Positions 1 to 8,672 of a stretch of DNA of 64,000 bases are shown in pieces. How positions within the stretch are numbered: position 1 is the stretch's first letter; the number at the start of each line of letters is the position of its first letter. The DNA is from Pseudodesulfovibrio sp. Lineage in GTDB: Bacteria > Desulfobacterota > Desulfovibrionia > Desulfovibrionales > Desulfovibrionaceae. A program made the translations under genes and the position numbers. The notes below the pieces were generated by a model. The model was not told the DNA's origin. It did not search any database and worked only from the letters and a program-made list of their open reading frames with translations. The stretch spans positions 17,857 to 81,856 of the forward strand of contig JAZHDH010000023.1 of assembly GCA_036584335.1 (NCBI GenBank), given 5' to 3'.

Positions 1-830
1 TGGACCAGGCCGGGGTGCGGATCATCACCCAGAACTCCGAGCACGGGCCGGGCCAGCAGGAGATCAACCTCTACTACGAGGACGGTCTTCCTGCCGCCGA
101 CACCGCCTTCCTCTACAAGATGGGGGCCAAGGAGATTTCCCTACAGCACGGTTACATCGCCACCTGGCTGACCAAACCGTTCATCGATTCCAGCGCGTCC
201 GGCTCCCATTTCCACGTCTCGCTCATCGACAAGAAGACCGGCAGGAACGCCTTCAACGATCCCGACGCCGAGTACGGCCTTTCGTCTCTGGCGCGCGACT
301 TTCTGGCAGGCATGCTCAAGCACGCCCGGGCCAACACCGTCTTCACCGCTCCAACCATCAACTGCTACAAGCGCTACCGGGTCAATTCCTTCGCCCCGCA
401 CACCGCCACCTGGGGCATGGAAAACCGCACCGTGGGCATCCGGCTCAAGGGCTGCCGGGGCGAGGCCACCCATTTCGAGAACCGGTTGGCCTGCGGCGGG
501 ACGAACCCGTATCTGCTGGCCGTGTCCACCTTGGCCGCCGGGCTGGAGGGCATCCGCTCCAAGCCCGAACTGGTCGCGCCGGTCACTGATATCGCCTACA
601 CGCGCGACGACCTGCCGCGCCTGCCCTTCACGCTGGACGAGGCCATCGAGGCATTCGAGGCCGACGCCGACCTGCATTCCGTGCTCCACCCCGAGTTCAT
701 CAAGCTCGTGCTGGCGGTGAAGAAGTTCGAGGTCGCCACGGCCAAGGCCCAGTTCCCGGACTACGGGACGCCCGAGTTCAACAACCGGGTCGATCCCTGG
801 GAATGGGACTACTACATGGAACTGGTTTAG
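1..830 (+). CDS. Glutamine synthetase-family protein (GS-like, possible gamma-glutamyl-amine ligase), 5' truncated by window edge
   Basis: GS catalytic motifs EHGPGQQEIN, SGSHFHVSL, NCYKR, WGMENRT, FENRL; frame is open to the window start. Confidence 0.88.
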   Translation, partial: DQAGVRIITQNSEHGPGQQEINLYYEDGLPAADTAFLYKMGAKEISLQHGYIATWLTKPFIDSSASGSHFHVSLIDKKTGRNAFNDPDAEYGLSSLARDFLAGMLKHARANTVFTAPTINCYKRYRVNSFAPHTATWGMENRTVGIRLKGCRGEATHFENRLACGGTNPYLLAVSTLAAGLEGIRSKPELVAPVTDIAYTRDDLPRLPFTLDEAIEAFEADADLHSVLHPEFIKLVLAVKKFEVATAKAQFPDYGTPEFNNRVDPWEWDYYMELV

Positions 831-918
831 ACGCGACACCTCCGTGGCGGAGAGGGGCGCTATCTCCTTGATACCCGAGCCCCTCGCCACTTGGTCGCCT
901 CTTCCAAAAGGAACGACA

Positions 919-2016
919 ATGAGCACCATCCCCGTCATAGAGTTGACCGGCGCCCCCCTGCAGCGCGGCCGCGCCCACGGCGAGGCCCTCAAGGGACTGA
1001 TTCGCGACTTCGCGGGCTCGGTCACCGAGGTGCACCGGATGAACAACGGCTACCTCTCGGTGGCCAAGGATTCCCTGGAAACCTTCTGCCGGAAGAACCT
1101 GGGGTTCCTGGAAAAGTTCTCGCCCGAGCTGGTGGAGGAGATGCGAGGCATCGCCGAGGGCGCGGGTGTGACCTTCAACGAGGTCCTTTACCTCAACTCC
1201 TTCCTGGAGCTGGAAGACCTGCGCGCGCCCGGCGTGGGGGCCAAGGTCCTGCCCGACGCCCTGTGGGGCTGCACCACCTTCAACGTCACCCGGGATGCCG
1301 GGGAGGGCGGGGTGGCCTACATCGGGCAGACCTACGATATGGAGAAGCATTACGAGAAGTTTCTCTGCCTGCTCAAAGTCGTGCCCGAGAAGGGGCCGGA
1401 TCAGCTGGTGATCTCCTTTGCGGGCATCCTGGGGCTGTGCGGGCTGAACAAGGCGGGCGTGGGCGCGGTGATCAACAAGGTCACGGCCACGGATGCGCGG
1501 CCCGGGGTGATCTATCCCTTCATCATGCGCAAGGCCCTGGCGTCCGAGCGCATCGGCGACGCCCTGGGCGCGGCCATCTTTTCGCCTCGCGCCGGGGGCA
1601 TCAACTACCAGTTCGCCGGGAGCGGGGTGGCGTTTTGCGCCGAGACCTCGGCCACCTGCTACCAACTGATCGAGATCGACGGCGCCATTGCCCACACCAA
1701 CCATTTTGTGGGCCGGGACATGCGCCGCTTCGAGACGCCCAACTGGCTGAGCCACGGCGGCTCCATGGTGCGCAAGCAGGTGGCGGACAATTTTCTTCGG
1801 CAGCACCGGGGCTTCCTCAACCCGGAACTCCTCAAGGCCTTGACCAGGGACCACACCAACCATCCGAGGTGCATCTGCGCCCACGGCTTCCCGGGCGAAG
1901 ACCCGAAGACAGCCTTCCACACGGTCTTTGCGGTGATCATGGACCCGGAGGCCGGGTGGATGGAGCTGTGCCACGGCAATCCCTGCGAGAACGGGTACGA
2001 GCGCCACACCTTGTAG
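919..2016 (+). CDS. C45-family autoproteolytic Ntn acyltransferase/amidohydrolase
   Basis: RGRAHGE N-terminus, EEMRGIAEG, cleavage site G|CTT, GQTYD, GLNKAG, HTNHF; AAGGA RBS before ATG 919. Confidence 0.85.
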   Translation: MSTIPVIELTGAPLQRGRAHGEALKGLIRDFAGSVTEVHRMNNGYLSVAKDSLETFCRKNLGFLEKFSPELVEEMRGIAEGAGVTFNEVLYLNSFLELEDLRAPGVGAKVLPDALWGCTTFNVTRDAGEGGVAYIGQTYDMEKHYEKFLCLLKVVPEKGPDQLVISFAGILGLCGLNKAGVGAVINKVTATDARPGVIYPFIMRKALASERIGDALGAAIFSPRAGGINYQFAGSGVAFCAETSATCYQLIEIDGAIAHTNHFVGRDMRRFETPNWLSHGGSMVRKQVADNFLRQHRGFLNPELLKALTRDHTNHPRCICAHGFPGEDPKTAFHTVFAVIMDPEAGWMELCHGNPCENGYERHTL

Positions 2017-2080
2017 GGGGCGCAGCGGATAGCGGCATCGTGCCGGAAATTTCATCAATATCAATCAGAAGAGGTGCACA

Positions 2081-3649
2081 ATGGCTGGCAAGAACGAACA
2101 GATCGAACAAACGATGCGCGAGTACGACGCCGGTGGCATGAGCCGCCGCAATTTCCTCAAGCGGCTGGGCGCGCTGGGCGTGGCCGCCGCCGTGGCCAAC
2201 GCCGTGGCCCTCTCCCCGCTGGGCGCGCTGGAGGCCTGGGCCTCCATGAAGGGTCCCGAGGAGCGCGCCTGGGAACTGGCCAAGGTCGCTGCGGCCAAGG
2301 CCCAGAAAAAAACCCTGACCCTGCTCATCCCCACCGGCTCCATCGGCAACATGACGCCCTACGTGGACAAGTGGAAGAACGAGCTTGGCATCACCCTGGA
2401 ATTCATCGAGGAGCCGGACGAGGTCGTCCATACCAAGGGCATGCAGGAAGCCGTGGCCAAGACCGGCCGCTACGACGTGATGATGCCCACGGCCATGTCC
2501 TATCCCGACTGGATCGACTCCGGCGTCATCTACGACCTGACCGAGTGGACCGAGAAGTATGATCCCGAGCTGTTCAACAAGGACTACGGCGTCGTCTTCC
2601 CGGCCTCCCACCACGCCCAGCTCTACAACGGCCGCGTGGCAGGCCTGCTCAACGACGGCGACCAGATCACCCTGCTGTGCCGCAAGGACTACCTGGAGAA
2701 TGCCGACAAGGCCAAGGCCTTCGAGGACAAGTACGGCCGTAAGCTGGCCGTGCCCGACACCTGGAAGGAATACTACGAGCTCGCCCGGTTCATGCACGAC
2801 CCGGCCAAGGGCTTCTATGGCTCCCTGGAATACCGTTCCCCGTACTACGTCAAGTGGATGTTCATGCAGCGCCTCGTGTCCAAGGGCGTACTCTACTTCG
2901 ACGGCGAGATGAACCCGACCTTCAACTCCGACGAAGGCGTGGCCGCCCTGGAAGACATGCTGGCCATGAACGAGTACCTGCACCCGGACGCCTTCTCCTT
3001 CACCTGGTCCTCCAACTACAACGCCTTCGGCCGCGGCGAGGGCTTCATGAACATCGTCTGGCCCTCGGGCTTCAAGTACTCCAAGGCCCCGTCCACCGGC
3101 CCGGCCACGACCGGCCACATCGCGGCCACGGTCATGCCCGCCGACTTCACCAAGGACGGCGCCAAGATCTACGCGGGCCTGTTCTGCTGGGGCTACGGCT
3201 ACGCGGTGTCCAGGTACTCCGCCAACCCGGAGCTGTCCTACGCCTACGCCCAGTGGATGACCTCCCCGACCATCTCGGCCGACGCCATCCCGTACCTCGG
3301 CGGCTATTCCGACCCGTACCGCGTCAACCACATGCTCAACCCGACCAAACGGCTGATCGACACCTACTCCCCCGAGTACCTGAAGACTCTGTACAACAAC
3401 ATGGTCAACACCGTGCCCGACTTCTGCCTGCCCGGCGGTTTCGAGTACCAGGACGCCCTGGACAAGGAGGTGCACGCCTGCATGACCGGCTCCAAGAAGC
3501 CCAAGGAGGCCCTGGAGGCCGCCGCCCGCAAGTTCGAGCGCATCACCCGCCGCATCGGCAAGGACAAGGTCAAGAAGTCCTGGCTGTCCCTGGCCAAGAA
3601 CCTGGCCGAGCCCATCAAGAAGGCGACCGGCGCGGACCAGTGGTCTTAA
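2081..3649 (+). CDS. CUT1-type ABC transporter substrate-binding protein with Tat signal
   Basis: Twin-arginine SRRNFLK plus hydrophobic stretch; PDTWKEY and other SBP_bac_1-like motifs; GAGG RBS. Confidence 0.85.
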   Translation: MAGKNEQIEQTMREYDAGGMSRRNFLKRLGALGVAAAVANAVALSPLGALEAWASMKGPEERAWELAKVAAAKAQKKTLTLLIPTGSIGNMTPYVDKWKNELGITLEFIEEPDEVVHTKGMQEAVAKTGRYDVMMPTAMSYPDWIDSGVIYDLTEWTEKYDPELFNKDYGVVFPASHHAQLYNGRVAGLLNDGDQITLLCRKDYLENADKAKAFEDKYGRKLAVPDTWKEYYELARFMHDPAKGFYGSLEYRSPYYVKWMFMQRLVSKGVLYFDGEMNPTFNSDEGVAALEDMLAMNEYLHPDAFSFTWSSNYNAFGRGEGFMNIVWPSGFKYSKAPSTGPATTGHIAATVMPADFTKDGAKIYAGLFCWGYGYAVSRYSANPELSYAYAQWMTSPTISADAIPYLGGYSDPYRVNHMLNPTKRLIDTYSPEYLKTLYNNMVNTVPDFCLPGGFEYQDALDKEVHACMTGSKKPKEALEAAARKFERITRRIGKDKVKKSWLSLAKNLAEPIKKATGADQWS

Positions 3650-3709
3650 ATTGACAACCCAACCTCATCCGGCCCGTGCCCAGCGCCCGGGCCGGGGAGG
3701 GGAGTCCAA

Positions 3710-4636
3710 GTGACACAGACTGCACCCCGCATTTCCCCGTCGGCCAAGGGCCTGAGCAACACGGCCATCGCCCGCATCTTCACGGTGCCGGGCCAGGTGG
3801 TCTCGCTCCTGGTCCTGGTCATGCCCCTGCTCGTGGCCCTGTACATGAGCTTCACCGACTGGTCGCCCACGCGCGGCTCGCTCTTCGACGCCTGTTTCGT
3901 GGGCTTCGAGAATTACTCCGAGCTGCTCGTCTACGACACGCGGTTCACCTACGCCGTGATCCGCACCATCCTCATCTCGGTCATCTGCCTCAGCCTGGAG
4001 TTCGCCTTCGGCCTGGGGCTGGCCGTGCTGTTCATGCGCCGCTTCCGGGGCAAATCCGTGCTCTTCTCGGCCTTTCTCACGCCGATGATGATCCTGCCCG
4101 TGGTCGTGGGCTACATCTTCTGGATGCTCTTCCAGTCCAACGGCCCCATCAATCAGGTGCTGGAGTTCGTCTTCGGGGCCGAGGCCATGATGGACTGGTT
4201 CAAGTCCGCGCCACCGGCCATCTTTGCGGTGATCCTCACCGAGGTCTGGCACTGGACGCCGCTCTTTTTCCTGATCCTGCTCTCCGGGCTCAACTCCGTG
4301 CCCGAGAATCCGGTGCGCGCCGCCGTCATTCTGGGGGCCAACCCCAGGCAGGTCTTCTGGCGGATCGTCATGCCCACCCTCAAGCCGGTGATCATCGTCG
4401 CCTTCGTCATCCGGGCCATGGAGGTGATCAAGCTCTTCGACGAGGTCTTCATGCTCACGCGCGGCGGCCCCGGAGCGTCCACCGAGACCGTCAGCCTGTA
4501 CATATACAAGCTGGCCTTCAACGATTTCCAGCTCGCCTACGGCGCGGCTGCGGCCTTTCTGGTCCTGATCGGGTCCCTGGCCCTGGTCCACCTGCTGCTC
4601 GCCCCGGTGCGCAACCAGCTCCTGGAGGGCAAGTAA
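3710..4636 (+). CDS. Carbohydrate-type ABC permease (MalF/UgpA-like)
   Basis: FVGFENY, WHWTPL, EAA-loop variant RAAVILGA; multiple TM helices. Confidence 0.9.
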   Translation: MTQTAPRISPSAKGLSNTAIARIFTVPGQVVSLLVLVMPLLVALYMSFTDWSPTRGSLFDACFVGFENYSELLVYDTRFTYAVIRTILISVICLSLEFAFGLGLAVLFMRRFRGKSVLFSAFLTPMMILPVVVGYIFWMLFQSNGPINQVLEFVFGAEAMMDWFKSAPPAIFAVILTEVWHWTPLFFLILLSGLNSVPENPVRAAVILGANPRQVFWRIVMPTLKPVIIVAFVIRAMEVIKLFDEVFMLTRGGPGASTETVSLYIYKLAFNDFQLAYGAAAAFLVLIGSLALVHLLLAPVRNQLLEGK

Positions 4637-4638
4637 CC

Positions 4639-5499
4639 ATGACCGACAAGAAGCTTTCCCCCGTGCAGACCGCGATCATGGGCGCGGCCCTGATCCTGGT
4701 CCTGTTCCCGGTGTTCTGGATCCTGATGACGGCCATCAAGCCGCCCACGGACTGGAACGCCTCCCCGGCCATCTGGGCGCCGTCCGAGCCGACCCTGGTC
4801 AACTTCCAGACGCTCTTCGACCCCGAGGCCCTGGGCAAGTACGGCGTGGGCGGCGTCAGCCAGCCCGCGACCAAGGCGGTGCTCGGCTCCATCCTGGCCA
4901 CCTTCGTCGCCACCACGCTCTCGGTGATCATCGGCCTGTTCTCGGCCATCGGCATCTCCCGCTACGGCAACAACTCCAAGTCCACGCCGCTGATCATTCT
5001 TTCCGGGCGCATGTTCCCGCCCGCCGCCATCGCCGTCCCGTTCGTCATCATCTTCTCCAACGTCGGCCTCATCGACAGCTACACCGGGCTCATCGCCATC
5101 TACGTGGCCGTGACCCTGCCGTTCTCCACCTGGATGCTCAAGAGCTTCGTGGACGACCTGCCCCGCGAGATCGAGGAGGCGGCCATGATCGACGGCCGGA
5201 GCAAGCTCGCGGCGCACCTGACCGTGACCATCCCGCTGATCAGGGGCGGGCTCTTCGCCACCACCATGTTCATCTTCATCCTCAACTGGTCGGAGTTCAT
5301 GTTCGCGCTGGTGCTTTCCTATACCAGCGTCAGCACCATCCCGGTGCAGCTCGCCAAGTACGTGACCGCCACGGCGGGGACCCTCTACGGCGTGCAGGCC
5401 GCCCTGGCCGTGCTCGCCATGATTCCGCTGGTCATCGTCGGCTACCTCATCCAAGGCCACCTCGCCCGTGGCATGACCTTCGGAGCGATCAAGCAATGA
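4639..5499 (+). CDS. Carbohydrate-type ABC permease (MalG/UgpE-like)
   Basis: EEAAMIDG EAA loop, WSEFMFA; ATG 2 nt after the upstream stop. Confidence 0.9.
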   Translation: MTDKKLSPVQTAIMGAALILVLFPVFWILMTAIKPPTDWNASPAIWAPSEPTLVNFQTLFDPEALGKYGVGGVSQPATKAVLGSILATFVATTLSVIIGLFSAIGISRYGNNSKSTPLIILSGRMFPPAAIAVPFVIIFSNVGLIDSYTGLIAIYVAVTLPFSTWMLKSFVDDLPREIEEAAMIDGRSKLAAHLTVTIPLIRGGLFATTMFIFILNWSEFMFALVLSYTSVSTIPVQLAKYVTATAGTLYGVQAALAVLAMIPLVIVGYLIQGHLARGMTFGAIKQ

Positions 5500-6599
5500 G
5501 CAGACCCAAGCTGGAACTGGTCAAACTGAGAAAGGAATACGACGGCGACGTCATCGCCGTGGACGACATCGACCTGGCCGTCGAGGCCGGGGAGACCGTG
5601 GCCCTGCTCGGCTCCTCCGGTTGCGGCAAGTCCACCACCCTGAACATGATCGTCGGCCTGGAGCAGCCCACCGCGGGCGACATCCAGATCGACGGGGCCA
5701 CGGTGGCCACCACCCCGGCGGGCAGGCGGGGCGTCGGCCTGGTCTTCCAGGACTACGCGGTCTTCACCCACATGACCGTGCGCCAGAACCTCGCCTTCGG
5801 GCTGGAGATCCGGGGCAAGTACATCCTGGAGATCAACCGCGCCGTGGAGGGGGTGGCCGAACTGCTGGGCATGAAGGACAAGCTCGACGCCCACGTCCGC
5901 GAGCTGGGCGGTTCCGAGCTGCAGCGCGTGGCCATCGGCCGCACCCTGGTCACCAAGCCCGAGATCCTGCTTCTGGACGAGCCGCTCTCCAACCTGGAGG
6001 CCGAGGCCCGGCTGGCCATGCGCCGCGAACTGCGCCGCCTCCAGAGCGAGATCGGCCTGACCATCATCTACGTCACCCACGACCAGGTGGAGGCGCTCTC
6101 GCTCGCCGACCGCATCGCGGTCATGAACGCGGGCCGCATTCTCCAGGTGGAGAAGACGTCGCTCATTTTCGACCGGCCGGAGCATACCTTCGTGGCCGGG
6201 TTCCTTGGTTCGCCGCCCATGAACCTGCTGCGCGGCAGGTTCGAGGGAGGCGGCGGCGACGTGCGCTTCGCGCGCGACGGGTTCTCGCTGCTGCTCGGCC
6301 AGGGTGAGAGCGTACCCACCGGGTTCTTCACCATGGGCATCCGGCCCGAGGGGCTGCGCCTTTCCGGTGCCGACCGACCGGCCCTGAACGGCCGGATCAG
6401 GACCGTGGAGCCGCGCGGGCCGGAGATGGTCGTGACCGTGACCGTGGGCAACGAGGACCTGAAACTGGTCGCGCCGCCCGACGGCTTCCTCCATGCGGGC
6501 GATCCCGCAGGGCTGGACGTGGACGGCGACGCCCTTGTCTTTTTCGGCGGCGATTCCAACCGCCGCGTCGAACTGGCCGTGGCCGGGAGGTTGTTCTGA
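5496..6599 (+). CDS. ABC ATP-binding subunit 1 (MalK-like)
   Basis: Walker A GSSGCGKS, Q-loop VFQ, Walker B LLLDEP, H-loop YVTHD; degenerate signature LGGSE. Confidence 0.92.
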   Translation: MSRPKLELVKLRKEYDGDVIAVDDIDLAVEAGETVALLGSSGCGKSTTLNMIVGLEQPTAGDIQIDGATVATTPAGRRGVGLVFQDYAVFTHMTVRQNLAFGLEIRGKYILEINRAVEGVAELLGMKDKLDAHVRELGGSELQRVAIGRTLVTKPEILLLDEPLSNLEAEARLAMRRELRRLQSEIGLTIIYVTHDQVEALSLADRIAVMNAGRILQVEKTSLIFDRPEHTFVAGFLGSPPMNLLRGRFEGGGGDVRFARDGFSLLLGQGESVPTGFFTMGIRPEGLRLSGADRPALNGRIRTVEPRGPEMVVTVTVGNEDLKLVAPPDGFLHAGDPAGLDVDGDALVFFGGDSNRRVELAVAGRLF

Positions 6600-7699
6600 T
6601 GACCGTTCAAATCGCTCCCGTGCTGCACGTGGGCGCCGTTTCCAAGCGCTTCGGCGCGAACCAGGCCCTGTCCGGGGTGGACTTCGTGGCGCCCGAGGCG
6701 TCGCTGACGGTCATCCTCGGCCCGGCTGGCGCGGGCAAGACCACCGTCCTGCGGACCATCGCCGGGCTGGAGACGCCGGACGAGGGCCGGATCGTCCTGG
6801 GCGGCGAGGACGTGGGCCGCTGGGAGCCGCGCCATCGCAACGTGGCCATGATCTTCGACAACCTGGCCCTGTACCCGAACAAGAACGGGTACGAGAACAT
6901 CGCCTCGCCCCTGGTGATCAGGAAGGAGTGCGAGCCGGTCATCCGCGAGCGGGTGGACGCCATCGCCAGGACGCTTCAGATCACCCACGTCCTCGGGCGG
7001 CTGCCCAAGACCATGAGCGGCGGCGAGAAGCAGCGCGTGGCCCTGGGCCGCGCCCTGATCCGCACGCCACGGCTCTTCCTGCTCGACGAGCCGCTCTCCA
7101 GCCTGGACGCCAAGCTGCGCATCGAGCTGCGCGCCGAACTGCGGCGCATGCAGCGCGACCACGGCTACACCTTTCTGCTGGCAACCCCGGATTATCACGA
7201 GGCCCTGGCCGTGGCCGACACCGTGGTCATGCTGCACAAGGGCCGGGTGGTCCAGGTGGCCGCGCCCCAGACCCTGTACGACGACCCGGCCGACCGCGAT
7301 ACCGCGATCTTCGTCGGCGCGCCGCAGATCAACCTGCTCCGGGCCGGGGTGGCGGGCGGCGAGATGCACGTCTCCGGAACCGACGTCCGGCTGCCCGCGC
7401 CTGGTCACCTGGCGGGCGCGCTCAAGGGCGCGGACGGGTTCGAGCTGGGCATCCGGCCCGAGAACCTGGTGCTGGCCGCCCCGGAGTCCGCGCCGGTGCG
7501 GGGCGTCCTGGCCGACATCGAGCCCCTGGGACCCAAGTCCGTGGCCACGGTGGCCTCGGGCGAGGTCGAGTTCCGGGTACTCATCGACAGCAAGGCGACG
7601 CCGTCCCTCGAACTTGGCGGGGCTATCGGCGTGGAGCCCGTGCACGCGGGGCGGATGCTCGCCTTCGACCTGCAAACCGGGCAGCGGCTGCGGGCATGA
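6599..7699 (+). CDS. ABC ATP-binding subunit 2 (MalK-like)
   Basis: Walker A GPAGAGKT, signature MSGGE, LLDEP; Q-loop (IFDN) and H-loop (ATPD) degenerate. Confidence 0.92.
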   Translation: MTVQIAPVLHVGAVSKRFGANQALSGVDFVAPEASLTVILGPAGAGKTTVLRTIAGLETPDEGRIVLGGEDVGRWEPRHRNVAMIFDNLALYPNKNGYENIASPLVIRKECEPVIRERVDAIARTLQITHVLGRLPKTMSGGEKQRVALGRALIRTPRLFLLDEPLSSLDAKLRIELRAELRRMQRDHGYTFLLATPDYHEALAVADTVVMLHKGRVVQVAAPQTLYDDPADRDTAIFVGAPQINLLRAGVAGGEMHVSGTDVRLPAPGHLAGALKGADGFELGIRPENLVLAAPESAPVRGVLADIEPLGPKSVATVASGEVEFRVLIDSKATPSLELGGAIGVEPVHAGRMLAFDLQTGQRLRA

Positions 7700-8661
7700 T
7701 CAACCTCTTCGTCACCTACCGCTGCAACCTGGCCTGCTCCTACTGCTTCGCCCGGGAACTGCACGGCGAGTATCCCGAGGACCTGAGCGAGGCGAACTTC
7801 GAGCGGCTCCTGGCCTGGATGAGCGGGGCTTCCCTGCCCGCCGCCGCGTTCATCGGCGGGGAGCCGACCCTGCATCCGCGCCTGGCCGACATGGTGCGCC
7901 GCACGGCCTTGGCGGGCATCTCCGTGGTCCTCTTCACCAACGGCCTCTTTCCCGAGGGGCTGGTGGAAGGTCTGGCGGGCTCCGTGTCCAACTACGTGGT
8001 CAACTACAACGACCCTTCGCTGTACACTGACGCCCAGCGGGAGCGGCTGCACGCCAATCTGGAGCGCATGGCCGCCTCGAATTCCCGGCTGACCTTCTCC
8101 AAGAATTTCTCGTCGCGCTACCTGGAGTGGGAATACCTGGTGGAGGGCGCGGAGCGGTACGGGGTCCGGGCCGTGCGTTACGACATTTCGCGGCCGTCCG
8201 TCTCCGGCGGCAACGACCATTTCACCAACGACGACACGCGCGCCATCGTCTCGCACATCGTCCGTTTCGTGAAGGCGTGCGAAACCCGGAACATCCGCAC
8301 CGGGCTTGATTGCTCCATCCGGCTGTGCGACCTCAAGGTGGAGGACCGCCGGTACCTGGAGCGGGTGTCCATGAAGTTTTCGGGCGTGTGCCATCCGTCC
8401 ATCGACATCCACCCGGACCTTTCCGCGTCCTACTGCCTGCCCATGCGCGACGTGTGCGTGCCGGACGTCACCGCCTTCGCGGGCCGGGACGCCCTGATGT
8501 GGCACTTCGCCGAGCAGGTGAGGCCCATCCGCCAGGCCAACGTGTCCACGGACTGCCTGGACTGCCGCGACTTCATGCGCCGCTGCCAGGGCGGGTGCAT
8601 GGCCCTGCGCCGCGCTTCGGGCAGGCAGCTTTCGATTGCCCCGGAAGACCTCGGGAAGTAG
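7696..8661 (+). CDS. Radical SAM protein with C-terminal SPASM/Twitch-like Cys cluster
   Basis: CNLACSYC (CxxxCxxC), GGEP, TNG; C-terminal C..C..CLDC..CQGGC; ATGA overlap with the upstream gene. Confidence 0.9.
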   Translation: MINLFVTYRCNLACSYCFARELHGEYPEDLSEANFERLLAWMSGASLPAAAFIGGEPTLHPRLADMVRRTALAGISVVLFTNGLFPEGLVEGLAGSVSNYVVNYNDPSLYTDAQRERLHANLERMAASNSRLTFSKNFSSRYLEWEYLVEGAERYGVRAVRYDISRPSVSGGNDHFTNDDTRAIVSHIVRFVKACETRNIRTGLDCSIRLCDLKVEDRRYLERVSMKFSGVCHPSIDIHPDLSASYCLPMRDVCVPDVTAFAGRDALMWHFAEQVRPIRQANVSTDCLDCRDFMRRCQGGCMALRRASGRQLSIAPEDLGK

Positions 8662-8672
8662 AGGGAAAGATC

